Shown in pieces: positions 9,461-19,059 of a DNA stretch of 64,000 nt. The position numbers were made by a program, and so were the translations under genes. Each line of letters opens with the position of its first letter. Positions within the stretch are counted from its first letter, which is position 1. The notes under the pieces are model-generated. The model ran no database searches and was not told the DNA's origin. It worked only from the letters and a program-made list of their open reading frames with translations. This stretch comes from Bacteriovoracia bacterium (lineage in GTDB: Bacteria; Bdellovibrionota; UBA1018; JBFWNL01): positions 75,825 to 139,824 of the forward strand of contig JBFWNL010000001.1 of the NCBI GenBank assembly GCA_050251055.1, read 5' to 3'.

Positions 9461-10329
9461 TGAATAGAGAGTACCCGTTCGACTTATTACGCGTGCTGGT
9501 GGCGGTAAATGAGGCAAAAAGCTTCCACGCGGGGGCCAAGCGCTTGGGCTTATCTCCGGCGGCGGTCTCGCTGAAGCTCAAGCAGCTGCAGGGGCTCAGT
9601 CCGATGCCCATCTTTTTGCTTTCAGGCAAGAAAAAGGTCCTCACGCGCTACGGGCACGAGCTTTACTCCCACGCCCGCTCGCATCTGCAAGCCAACCAAG
9701 AAGCGTGGTGGAACCTCAACCGCAAGTTCCTCAACCCCGACAACTTGATCCTACGCGTGGGTGGAAGGCCCGAAATCATGGCGTACTTTGCGCCGCGGTT
9801 TGGCTTCGCGGGGAGGCTCGAGCTGAAGTCCTCCAGCAGTCGCGAGGCGATCGAACGCCTTTTACGCCACGAGATTGATCTCGCATTTTCACACGAGCGT
9901 CCGGATTCGCCGGAAGTGGTGGCGAAAAAGGTGCTCGCGAGCGGATTTGACCTGGTCGTGCACCACCGTTGGCTCAATGGCCGGAGCGTGGCGGTCGCGG
10001 CCCGGGACCGACGGTTCCTTACCGAAACTCCTTGTCTTCTATATGATGCGGATCGGAAGTTGCCGCGAGATTGGTGGGACGAGCGTAAGATCCCCAAGGC
10101 CGATTTGAAAGTGAAGCTCGTCACCCAGGATTACGGAACGTTGAGGTATGCCGTGGAAGCAGGTTGGGGCTATACGGTCCTACCCAGCCACGTGGAGACC
10201 AGCGCCCAGGGCGTCGAGCGATTCCCGCTCGCCGAATTGCCCCGGCTGCCGTTTTACGCCGTCTATCCCAAGGATCTAAAGGAGGTGAGCGCTTTTCGGG
10301 AGGTGATCGACCGCCTGACGGATCATTGA
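9460..10329 (+). CDS. LysR-family transcriptional regulator
   Basis: N-terminal HTH SFHAGAKRLGLSPAAVSLKLKQL; about 290 aa; LLRHEIDLA and VEAGWGYTVLP in the substrate-binding domain. Confidence 0.9.
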   Translation: MNREYPFDLLRVLVAVNEAKSFHAGAKRLGLSPAAVSLKLKQLQGLSPMPIFLLSGKKKVLTRYGHELYSHARSHLQANQEAWWNLNRKFLNPDNLILRVGGRPEIMAYFAPRFGFAGRLELKSSSSREAIERLLRHEIDLAFSHERPDSPEVVAKKVLASGFDLVVHHRWLNGRSVAVAARDRRFLTETPCLLYDADRKLPRDWWDERKIPKADLKVKLVTQDYGTLRYAVEAGWGYTVLPSHVETSAQGVERFPLAELPRLPFYAVYPKDLKEVSAFREVIDRLTDH

Positions 10330-10355
10330 AACAGGCCCGCCGACGAGTTCCGAAG

Positions 10356-12254
10356 CTAACGCTTTCGTTTCTTCTTTCCCCGCGGCTTCTTCTTAGCTGC
10401 GCGCTCTTTCTTGGGTGCCTTCGCCAAAAGCTGCAATCGCTTCCCGGGGGCAGCGTCGGCGACCGGGACGAGCCGGTGCTTTTTGAAGTAGCGCTCCACG
10501 AGCTCGCGCAGATTGCCCGCGCTCTTGGTCTTGAGCCGACCCAGTTTCGGAGCGAGCCATCCCAGGTCGTCACCGCCTTTCAGCAAATAGGATAGGGTAG
10601 CGAAGCGATACGTCTTATTCGACTCGGGTCGCTCTCCCTCCCAGGTGCGCACGCCGATCAGGCGGTTCACTTCCCAGTACGAGATTTTGCCGTCGCCATC
10701 CAGGTCGGCCGAAGGGGCGGGCTGCTCGGGCTCGATGACTTGGATCTGCAGCCCGTGCGTGGAGGGAAAACCGCGCGCGCCCGCATGCGTGGTGCGGATG
10801 AGATCGGTGAGCTCCTTGCCGGTGAGCTCGACCACCTGGACTTCGCTGTCGAAGGGAAGCGCACGGTACAGATCTTCGTAATGAATGGGGCCTTGGGCTA
10901 GGCCAGCGCGGATGCTGCCGGAGTTGATCAGCGAAAAATCCGCTTCGGTTTCTTCGGCGACGGCGTCGGCGATCAGATTGCCCAAGGTCGATTCGGAGCG
11001 CTCGGAGGTGGGGAGTCCTCGGCGAGCTTCGGCGATCTGCTGGCGCCGGATGGCTTCGGTCTTGGCGAAAACGGGGGCGAGGAAGCCGTCATATGACGAG
11101 TCGGGGTGGATTTCCTGGCCGTGGAGCTTCGGCGCCACGAGCTTCGAGTTCTCGGCGCTTTCATTCGCCGGGCGATCGCAGCTTTGCGTGCGGGCGTAAA
11201 GGGGATAACAAACGGGCACCGGGCCTTCGATGCGGGTAAGCGACGGAATCGGCTTGCGCGTGCCGCGGTCGACGCTCAGATATAGGAGATTGAAGGCTTG
11301 TCCGGAGTAACCGCCCATGATGATGGGCACGCCACCAATCCAGTGGTGCACGATCTGGTGGCTCTTGCCCGCGACGACGGCGTCGACGGTGCCGGCGGGG
11401 AGCTGGGACAATAGACGCGGTAGCTCGTCTTGGTCGCGGCAGTGGGGGAGCGGAATCTGCGGAGTCCATACGGCCGTGCGCTCGGAGCGGCGATGGCCGC
11501 CGCAGTTCACTTCGGCATGCGCGAGCAGCACGATGAGGTTCGCGCCCCGCGCGCGAAGCGATTGGGCTTCTTCCGCCAGCTTTGATGCGGCCTTGTGCCA
11601 AGGAACAAAACGGAGCTCGCCCGGCCCTTCACCCGATTCGGCGAAGTCTGGCGCGGAAACCGCTCCGATGACCCCGATCAAGAGCGAGCCCGCGCGCACG
11701 AGCGCGGACGAGGCGGGGCGGGGCGCGGTCTCGGCCTGCGCGGAAACCGGCCGATCTTCTAGATTCGTGACCACGAAGGGATACTGCGCCTGGGTGAGGC
11801 GGGAGCGTAGGTTGGCGACACCGAAGGAGAGATCTTGCGCGCCAATGGTCGCGGCGGAAACCCCTAGGCGGTTATAGAGACTCACGGCCGGAGCGCCGAG
11901 CTCGAGATCGCTACTGAGGGTGCCTTGCCACGCGTCGCCTGCGTCTAGCACGAGCAAGCGGCCACCGAACTCGTTCCGCAGCCGTTGCACGTAAGCGGCG
12001 AGTAAGGGGGCGCCACCCAGCTCGACGCGGGCGTCTTCGGGGGAAACCCGCGGGGCTATTGCGCCGTGTAAATCACTGAGGCCCAGGATGACCACCGTCT
12101 CCACGCGCGAGCGATCGAGACCGGAAAAATCATCCTCGGAGAAGACCGGCTTGTAGTTTTCGCCGGTGGCGCAACCCAATTGCGCCAGTGCAAGCGCCGC
12201 GCAGGCGAGCAGAAAAAGCGTCGCGTTCGCTGCGTTTCTGGTGAGTTTTGTCAT
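10356..12254 (-). CDS. 5'-nucleotidase/UDP-sugar hydrolase-family lipoprotein with degenerate active site
   Basis: Lipobox QLGC; SDLHG and DAGD motifs; C-domain GNLIADA...INSGSIRA...ALPF...SYLLKGGD. GNHE is replaced by GAQD and GHSH by GKSH. Confidence 0.85.
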   Translation of the reverse strand: MTKLTRNAANATLFLLACAALALAQLGCATGENYKPVFSEDDFSGLDRSRVETVVILGLSDLHGAIAPRVSPEDARVELGGAPLLAAYVQRLRNEFGGRLLVLDAGDAWQGTLSSDLELGAPAVSLYNRLGVSAATIGAQDLSFGVANLRSRLTQAQYPFVVTNLEDRPVSAQAETAPRPASSALVRAGSLLIGVIGAVSAPDFAESGEGPGELRFVPWHKAASKLAEEAQSLRARGANLIVLLAHAEVNCGGHRRSERTAVWTPQIPLPHCRDQDELPRLLSQLPAGTVDAVVAGKSHQIVHHWIGGVPIIMGGYSGQAFNLLYLSVDRGTRKPIPSLTRIEGPVPVCYPLYARTQSCDRPANESAENSKLVAPKLHGQEIHPDSSYDGFLAPVFAKTEAIRRQQIAEARRGLPTSERSESTLGNLIADAVAEETEADFSLINSGSIRAGLAQGPIHYEDLYRALPFDSEVQVVELTGKELTDLIRTTHAGARGFPSTHGLQIQVIEPEQPAPSADLDGDGKISYWEVNRLIGVRTWEGERPESNKTYRFATLSYLLKGGDDLGWLAPKLGRLKTKSAGNLRELVERYFKKHRLVPVADAAPGKRLQLLAKAPKKERAAKKKPRGKKKRKR

Positions 12255-12447
12255 GTGAGGATTTTACTAATCGGGGAAGATATCGAAAGAAAAAAATCCC
12301 TTCCGTGGGATCCCTGCCTCCACCCATCCGTGGTAAATTTAATTCTACAGAATCCACGTGCCGTGTCACCGCGCAACGCGTCGAAAAACGCATTTTTTTA
12401 TAGGTTCTTATAAGACTAAATAATGGGGCGTCGGAGGGGCGCTTCGC

Positions 12448-13089
12448 CTAGCTCCACTGCACCGGGACTTGGGACGTGTTGTCGTCCGAGCGCTGGATCT
12501 TCACGAAACCGTTTTGCCTTCCGTACTGGAAGATATCCCGAGTGACTTTCACGTCTTGCAAGCAGTACTCGATGATTTTCTCGACCTGGCCCGCTTTCCA
12601 CCATTCGATGGCCTGCAGACCGTCGGCCGATTTTCCTGTGCCCAGCGTTCCCCGCGCGACGAACTCGAGCTTCAAAAATCGCTGACGGGTAAGGGTTTCG
12701 AGATCGTACATGATATCGAACACGTCCAGGCGCTTGTAGTCGAGCCCGTAGGCGCCCATCACCGGTAAGTCGAAGCCGCGGATGTTGTAGCCAACGACCA
12801 GGCGGTCTTCGCAGAGATCAAAGAGCTTTTTGAGCTCGTTTTCGCGGAAAGAAAGGAATTGATCGGTCTTGCTGTCATAGGCGCAAGCGACCGAAATGCC
12901 CAGCTTATCGAGATTCTCGAATCCCCCCACTTCCTGGAAGCTGCGCTGGGTTTCGATGTCGACGATCAGGAAATGTCGATGTTTGAGGAATAAGCTCGAG
13001 GGCAGGATGTCTTCCGAAAAGGGCACGCAAAAGCCGTGTTGCCAGAAGGAAGGGTTGAGCTTGATGCGGGTCGGGGCGGAGGCGGCCAT
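12448..13089 (-). CDS. Ribonuclease H-like (YprB/DEDD-type) 3'-5' exonuclease domain protein
   Basis: ExoI VDIET, ExoII GYNIRGFD, ExoIII YCLQDV. Start moved to ATG 13089. Confidence 0.8.
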   Translation of the reverse strand: MAASAPTRIKLNPSFWQHGFCVPFSEDILPSSLFLKHRHFLIVDIETQRSFQEVGGFENLDKLGISVACAYDSKTDQFLSFRENELKKLFDLCEDRLVVGYNIRGFDLPVMGAYGLDYKRLDVFDIMYDLETLTRQRFLKLEFVARGTLGTGKSADGLQAIEWWKAGQVEKIIEYCLQDVKVTRDIFQYGRQNGFVKIQRSDDNTSQVPVQWS

Positions 13090-13150
13090 AGTTTTGCCCT
13101 TTGAGTCGCCCGCAGGGCTTTGATTGTCAAGACGCGGGTCATTGATTAAG

Positions 13151-14581
13151 ATGCCGACCCATATGGCCAATTCCATTGATAATGTCCTAGCCGAATTTGA
13201 AAGCCACTGGAGCGAGCACCTGGAGGATTTAAAGAACCTCGTGCGTATCCCGAGCGTGAGTTTTGATGGCTTTGATCCCGCGGAAGTAAAGCGCAGCGCG
13301 GCATTCGTCGCCGAGCTCATGAAGAAGCGCGGGTTGGAAAACGTGGAAGTCATCGGACTCGGGGATGCGCATCCCTACGTTTATGGGGAGTGGTTAAAGG
13401 CCCCGGGCAAGCCGACAGTCCTCCTCTATGCACACCACGACGTGCAGCCTCCGGGACGCGCGGACGTATGGAAAACCAAGCCGTTTGAGCCTACGTTAAA
13501 AGACGGCCCGGGCGGCAAGCGCCTGTATGCGCGCGGGATTGCCGACGACAAGGCGGGGGTGATCGTACATACGGCCGCGATTGGGAGTTATCTTAAGGTT
13601 CTCGGCAAGTTGCCGCTGAACGTAAAAGTGGTGATTGAGGGCGAAGAAGAAGTGGGAAGCACCCACCTTTTTGAGTTCTTGCAGAAAAATCGCCAAAAGC
13701 TTCAGGCCGACGTTTTGATTCTCACCGATACGACTAACTTCGATGTGGGCATTCCGGCGCTGACCATCGCGCTTCGCGGACTGGTCGGAGTGGGAGTCGA
13801 GCTCCGGGCCTTGAATGGCACAGTGCATTCGGGCATGTGGGGTGGCCCCATCCCCGATCCCGTCATGGCGCTGTCCAAGATTTTGGCCGGCATGACCGAT
13901 AGTGAGGGCAACATCACGATCCCGGGCATCCGCGAGATGATCATGCCCTTGTCTAAAGAAGAAGAAAGCGAGTTCAAGGCGCTGCCCTTTAACGAAGCGC
14001 GCTTCCGCGAGCAGGTGGGATTACGTCCCACGGCGAAGCTCCTGCGCCAAGGCCCGTCGCCGCTTGCGCAGGTGTGGCGTTATCCCAGCCTCACGGTCAC
14101 GGCGATCCAGGCTTCTTCACGCGCTCAGCCGGGCAATATCATCAACGACGTCGCTTGGGCGAAGGTCACGATTCGCGTGGCGCCCGGCATGGACGAAAAG
14201 AAAGTCAATGCCGCGCTCGTGGATTACATTCGCAAGCAAGTCCCGTGGGGGTTGGAACTCGTGCTCGAAGAAGAAGTCTGTTCGGGGCCCTGGTACACGG
14301 ATCCCCGCGCGCCTCGCAACGAGAAGGCGTTTCAGATCGCAGAACAAGCGCTCGAAAAAGGTTACGGCAAGCCCGTCGTGAAGATGGGCTGCGGCGGGAG
14401 CATTCCGTTCGTACAGCCGTTCGCCGAAGCCCTCGGCGGTGCGCCCGCCCTTCTCATTGGCGTGGAAGACCCGTTCACGAACGCGCATGGCGAGAACGAA
14501 AGCCTGCTGGTGGAAGATCTGCGCAAGGCTTGCGTGAGCCAGATCCATCTTTTCCAGGATCTGGCTGAGCACTATAAATAG
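13151..14581 (+). CDS. M20/M25/M40 metallopeptidase (dipeptidase-like)
   Basis: YAHHDVQP, RGIADDKAG, EGEEEVGS, HSGMWGG, GGSIP, NAHGENE. Confidence 0.92.
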   Translation: MPTHMANSIDNVLAEFESHWSEHLEDLKNLVRIPSVSFDGFDPAEVKRSAAFVAELMKKRGLENVEVIGLGDAHPYVYGEWLKAPGKPTVLLYAHHDVQPPGRADVWKTKPFEPTLKDGPGGKRLYARGIADDKAGVIVHTAAIGSYLKVLGKLPLNVKVVIEGEEEVGSTHLFEFLQKNRQKLQADVLILTDTTNFDVGIPALTIALRGLVGVGVELRALNGTVHSGMWGGPIPDPVMALSKILAGMTDSEGNITIPGIREMIMPLSKEEESEFKALPFNEARFREQVGLRPTAKLLRQGPSPLAQVWRYPSLTVTAIQASSRAQPGNIINDVAWAKVTIRVAPGMDEKKVNAALVDYIRKQVPWGLELVLEEEVCSGPWYTDPRAPRNEKAFQIAEQALEKGYGKPVVKMGCGGSIPFVQPFAEALGGAPALLIGVEDPFTNAHGENESLLVEDLRKACVSQIHLFQDLAEHYK

Positions 14582-16333
14582 TCAGTTTTCGTAGCACATC
14601 GCGGTCGCTCCACCGCCCACGGTGGTGGTGAGCACCCATTGGCTGCCGACGACGGCCACGGTCGCGCCGCCGCCGCCTACCGAGGTGAGGAAGCATATGT
14701 GGGTGGAGGCGTTCGCGATGTTGGTGTTGACCGGACCATTTTGGCTGTGGACCGTGCGATTGCGGAGTCCGCCCGGCTGCCAGCGCACTTCGCCTTCGTT
14801 ATTCACGGCGCGCAGTACGTACCCAGGCTGAGGATCGCCCACGGTCGCGGCGTCGACGCGAAATTTTACGGTGTTGCCGTTGCGCTTGATCTCGATGGCG
14901 CCGGTGAGGTTTTCGGCCGTGGAGCGGGTGCGGCCAACGTAGACGCCGGAGCGTTCGCGCACGACGGTGTCGCGCACGTAGGGAACGTAAGGGATCCCTG
15001 GGCTGTGGCTGACGTTCTCGGTGGCGAAAACCATGGCATCGGGCGTGCGCATCAGGCCATCGTAGTGGGCGTTGAACACGATCTGGTTGTAACCTTCGCC
15101 CTGATTGACGAAGAACGACAGGCTGCCGGGTTGGGAAACGGGATCCGGGGCGCCGCTGCCGCCGATGGGCGTCGTGTCGGCCGCGGAGCTGGGCGCGCCC
15201 GATCCGCCGCCTTCGCCGTCATCACCACCGCCCGCGCGTAGGCGGAAGTCGCCGTCCGCGCTAAAGAGGATGCCAGCCGCGCCGCGGGTGAAGGCGTAGT
15301 CGTTTCCGGGTTCGGAATTTCTCACGTAACCGTTAGCGAGCAGAACGCCCAGAACATCGCCGTTGCGGGTGTCGTCCGGCTTGTTGGGGTCGTTTGCGCG
15401 CGAACGGGCGCGGCCCATGCCCATGATGGGATAGTCGTGCGTGCCGTTGCCGATTTTGCGCGCGCCCGAGAAATGATTGCCGTCCGTCGGTCCAATCAGT
15501 TTATCGATGCGCCCTTTGAGGAAGATGTCTTTATCCGCCCAAATGCTGCCTTCGAAAGCAGCCCAATTCACGTTGGGGCTTGCCGCGAAGGCGTTCATTT
15601 TTGCGGTCACGTAGGCCTCGCTGCCGACGGCCATTTTTGCGAAGCGGCACTGCGGGGCGGGCGGCACGGCGGACGGATCGTATTCGCCGCCCAGCTCGAT
15701 GCACGACTCCCGGGGCGTGACCGACGAGCTGCACTTCGTGATGGGCAGGGTCGTGCCACCACCGCTCGGGATTTCCGCGTAGATGTTCAGTAAGTAAGTG
15801 TCCTCGCGCGGTTGGGCGCCGGGGGTGCCGAGACCCGCGAGCGCGGTTTCTTCCCATATGATTTTCAGCGCCGCTAGTTCCTGGTAGTGGGGCTGGCCGG
15901 AGAGGGTGACGATGTTCGAAGTGGCGCCGGCGCCACTCGCGCGCGTAAGCTTGATCTCGCGCGCGTGGAACCCGGCCGTGCGCGGCTCGCCCACTTCGGC
16001 TAGGCGGTAGCTGCCGGTCTGGATGCGCGTCACGCTGCCCAGGCCCGCCGGGCCGAAGTCAAAGCGGGCCCCTCCCGTCGAGCTGTGCAAGGCCGAGGCG
16101 CAGATGCTTTCGTTTTGCAGGACTTGGCGGATAGAAAGCGTGTCGTTGTTGAGACTCGCCATGCGCCGCGAGCTTTCTTCGCCGCGCTTGTTTTGCACGA
16201 GCAGGCTCGCCGAGAGAAGCGATAGCGCGCCGACGCCGGCGATGCCAATCATCAGCTCGACCAAGGAAAAACCCGCCCGGTTTATGAAAACGTACTTCGT
16301 GTTCCCCATATTCCCCAAAGCTCCCCGTGCCAT
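14582..16333 (-). CDS. Large prepilin-type (type IV pilin N-terminus) fibre/adhesin-like protein
   Basis: RAG|FSLVELMI class III signal with Glu5; 583 aa; Cys motif CIELGGEY...PQC; beta-rich C-terminus. Confidence 0.75.
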   Translation of the reverse strand: MARGALGNMGNTKYVFINRAGFSLVELMIGIAGVGALSLLSASLLVQNKRGEESSRRMASLNNDTLSIRQVLQNESICASALHSSTGGARFDFGPAGLGSVTRIQTGSYRLAEVGEPRTAGFHAREIKLTRASGAGATSNIVTLSGQPHYQELAALKIIWEETALAGLGTPGAQPREDTYLLNIYAEIPSGGGTTLPITKCSSSVTPRESCIELGGEYDPSAVPPAPQCRFAKMAVGSEAYVTAKMNAFAASPNVNWAAFEGSIWADKDIFLKGRIDKLIGPTDGNHFSGARKIGNGTHDYPIMGMGRARSRANDPNKPDDTRNGDVLGVLLANGYVRNSEPGNDYAFTRGAAGILFSADGDFRLRAGGGDDGEGGGSGAPSSAADTTPIGGSGAPDPVSQPGSLSFFVNQGEGYNQIVFNAHYDGLMRTPDAMVFATENVSHSPGIPYVPYVRDTVVRERSGVYVGRTRSTAENLTGAIEIKRNGNTVKFRVDAATVGDPQPGYVLRAVNNEGEVRWQPGGLRNRTVHSQNGPVNTNIANASTHICFLTSVGGGGATVAVVGSQWVLTTTVGGGATAMCYEN

Positions 16334-16527
16334 CGAGTATCCGATAAATGAGGGGGTGGCGCCCGAGGAAAGGTCCCGGGGTAGGGAACTAGTGATTACA
16401 GCTGTTCACAGCCCTGGGGAGTGTCGCGAATGACTCATTCCGGAAGCGGAATTCGCTCGTATATAATGAAGGTGGGGAAATTCGGTAAATTTAGGCATTC
16501 GCGGAGCTTCAGGGGTTAGGGGCCCGC

Positions 16528-18282
16528 TTGCGTACAAATCACGGTTTCACGTTGCTCGAGGGGATGGTCGCCGCGGCCGTGCTTTCGGCCGTATCTCTCG
16601 GCGTCGCCACCGCCGTTAATTACCAGAATCGGGGCGTGCGCAATGTCGCGCAGTCGCTCGAGTTCCATGGCTTGAGCCAGCACATCACCTTGCTGATCTC
16701 GAACGACCGGCTTTGCCGGAATAGCCCGTTTCGCGCGGGGAACGCTCCGGCCGCCTGGGCGAATCGCGCCCAACCCTTGGACCTGAGCGAGATTCGCGTG
16801 GTCGGCGACGACGGGAGCGCGAACGTGATCGCCAATCTGCAGCCTCGTCTAGATGGGATCCGAGTTTCACAGATGCGGTTTCGCACGGTGGGGAATCCGA
16901 GCGTGTATGATCTGGGGGTGATGACGCTGCCCAGTGGCGACGTTCGCCGGGCGATCAACGCGGATCTGGTGGTGACCGCGCAGAAGGTGGCCACCGCGGG
17001 AATCGCCGTCCAGGGTAATCGCGAGCTGTCGCGAACATTCCCGGTCGTGGTGCTCATCAACGAAGCCAACAATCAGATCACGAATTGTTACACGGGTGGC
17101 GCATCGGGTACTTCGCTGACGGAGGCCGACGTTTGCGCGGTGATGGGCGGGGTCTACAATCTTTCGCGTACCCCTCGTTGCACGATGACGGGCGTGGCGG
17201 TGGCCCAAGACGCGTCGGACGCCCACTGGCAGGGACCGCCGGCGAACGGGATTTACTCCGAAGGCGGCATCACCACGCGAGGACAGCTGCGCTCGGCGAA
17301 TGTCGACTCCCAGTGGGTGGTGGCATCCCAGGGATTACAGGCGCGCGACGGACGGTTTCCCGCCAACTACGTCACGTTAAGCTCGTACGCGAACGAAATG
17401 TACTGGCAGTTCACCGAAGGCACGCAAAGCGCCCGTCAGCTTCTCCGTATCACGACCGGCCGCATGGGAAATGGTCAGGACGCCAACATCTATCTGAGCT
17501 CGGCCTCCGGAAGCGGGGGAAGCGCGAACGTGATGGAGGTCGGCGCGTATAACTCGTCGACGGACACGCTTTCGGCGTGGAACCGCGGTGGCGCGCGCTA
17601 TTTGAATTTCGAAGCGGGGCGAGTGACGGCCGCCGGCGGTTTGCGCGTCCCCGCCAACGCCCCGGCGGCGGGAACCGGGCCGCGCCTGATGGCGACGGCG
17701 GACGCGGCGGGGAATGGTGGATGGATGAAGCCCGTGATGGTCGTCTGGCGCACGAATCCGACCTACCGGTTTTCGCTGAGCTATCGCGCGCCGAGCACCC
17801 CGGATCCGTATGCGGGCGGGCCCACCAATCCGCAGAATTATGCCGAGGCGATGAGCCAGCTCAACTACCCGGGATTAATCGACGGTTCGAACTACTGCAC
17901 GTTGAATAGTGGGGATCCGAATCGCGCGCCCACGTATTGCCAGACCAAGGTGCAGCTCAACGGGACGAATATGTTCCTGCCTAAGCCAGTGGTGGGAGCG
18001 GCGGCGCCGCCGGCGTTCACCGAGCCGGACGAGTGTCACGTCGCCTACATCGAGCAGGCCGTGGACGAGCAGATTCGGGACTGTGCCACCGGCCCGATCC
18101 CGAACGCGCAGTTCGGCTGCAATGCGATGTCCACGGGGCAGGCCGCTTCGGCGTGCAACGTGGCTTACGATCCCGGGCAGGGGTGGCACGTGCACGTGTA
18201 TCGGCAGCGTTACGGCAGCATTCGTTGCGATGTCCAGTGCACGAAGATGATGATGATGGACGCGGCCGGCAACCTCCATTGA
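16528..18282 (+). CDS. Large prepilin-type (type IV pilin N-terminus) fibre/adhesin-like protein
   Basis: HG|FTLLEGMV class III signal; TTG start; CAVMGGVY...PRC motif; Cys-rich C-terminal domain. Confidence 0.75.
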   Translation: MRTNHGFTLLEGMVAAAVLSAVSLGVATAVNYQNRGVRNVAQSLEFHGLSQHITLLISNDRLCRNSPFRAGNAPAAWANRAQPLDLSEIRVVGDDGSANVIANLQPRLDGIRVSQMRFRTVGNPSVYDLGVMTLPSGDVRRAINADLVVTAQKVATAGIAVQGNRELSRTFPVVVLINEANNQITNCYTGGASGTSLTEADVCAVMGGVYNLSRTPRCTMTGVAVAQDASDAHWQGPPANGIYSEGGITTRGQLRSANVDSQWVVASQGLQARDGRFPANYVTLSSYANEMYWQFTEGTQSARQLLRITTGRMGNGQDANIYLSSASGSGGSANVMEVGAYNSSTDTLSAWNRGGARYLNFEAGRVTAAGGLRVPANAPAAGTGPRLMATADAAGNGGWMKPVMVVWRTNPTYRFSLSYRAPSTPDPYAGGPTNPQNYAEAMSQLNYPGLIDGSNYCTLNSGDPNRAPTYCQTKVQLNGTNMFLPKPVVGAAAPPAFTEPDECHVAYIEQAVDEQIRDCATGPIPNAQFGCNAMSTGQAASACNVAYDPGQGWHVHVYRQRYGSIRCDVQCTKMMMMDAAGNLH

Positions 18283-18360
18283 ACTAAAATCCCATCCGAA
18301 TCCTATAGCCGACCGAAATACTCCATTGCCGGACAGGATTAGTCCGTGTAAGGTGAGCGG

Positions 18361-19059
18361 ATGCCATCAGCCGGGATGTCGCCGAATAAACCGCTTCCTC
18401 GGATCTTCAAGAGTGATTTCTTGGAGATGTTCACGCGCGTACACCCGATCATTCCCATTCTCTATTGGCCTCCGATCGTCGCTTATTTAATTTACCGCAG
18501 CTTCGCGATCTACGAGTTGAGCCCCATCACGGTAGGATTGCTGGGCGCCGCCGGTGCGTTTTTTTGGACATTCACGGAATACGTGATGCATCGGTTTTTG
18601 TTTCATTTTGAAAGCGATCACCCTGTCGCCAAGCGTTTGGTGTTCATGTTTCATGGCGTGCACCACGATGCCCCGAACGATGCCGGTCGGCTGGTGATGC
18701 CGCCGCTGGTGGGCACGGTTCTCGCCGCTGGTTTTTTCGGTATTTTTCAGCTGGTTTTAGGTCTCGCTTGGGCGACGCCGTTCATGGCGTTCTTCATCGT
18801 GGGCTACCTTTGCTACGATTACATCCACTTCGCCACGCACCACTTCAAGCCGCGGACCGCTTTTGGCCGCTATCTGAAGCATACGCACATGGTTCACCAT
18901 TACTCTTCGCCGAACTCCCGTTGGGGCGTGAGCACGCCGTTCTGGGATATCGTCTTTGGCACGTTCTACGAAAAAGACGCGGCCGGGGGAAAATACGGGT
19001 CCAAGTTCTCCGAAGATCAATCGAGCAACCCGAAGTTCGGTCAAGAAGCCACTCAGTGA
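18361..19059 (+). CDS. Fatty acid hydroxylase / sterol desaturase family (FA2H/Scs7-like)
   Basis: Four His boxes: EYVMHRFLFH, HGVHHD, YDYIHFATHH, HMVHHY; RLVMPP; WGVSTPFWD. Confidence 0.88.
   Translation: MPSAGMSPNKPLPRIFKSDFLEMFTRVHPIIPILYWPPIVAYLIYRSFAIYELSPITVGLLGAAGAFFWTFTEYVMHRFLFHFESDHPVAKRLVFMFHGVHHDAPNDAGRLVMPPLVGTVLAAGFFGIFQLVLGLAWATPFMAFFIVGYLCYDYIHFATHHFKPRTAFGRYLKHTHMVHHYSSPNSRWGVSTPFWDIVFGTFYEKDAAGGKYGSKFSEDQSSNPKFGQEATQ

Noticed and set aside
12448-13353. Long overlap between the exonuclease ORF and the M20 peptidase ORF
   Set aside because: It disappears when the starts are set at 13089 (-) and 13151 (+), leaving an ordinary divergent pair.
14582-18282. Shufflon or invertible cassette for the two pilin-like adhesins
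   Set aside because: No recombinase, no repeated crossover sites and no silent tip cassettes were seen; both genes are complete.
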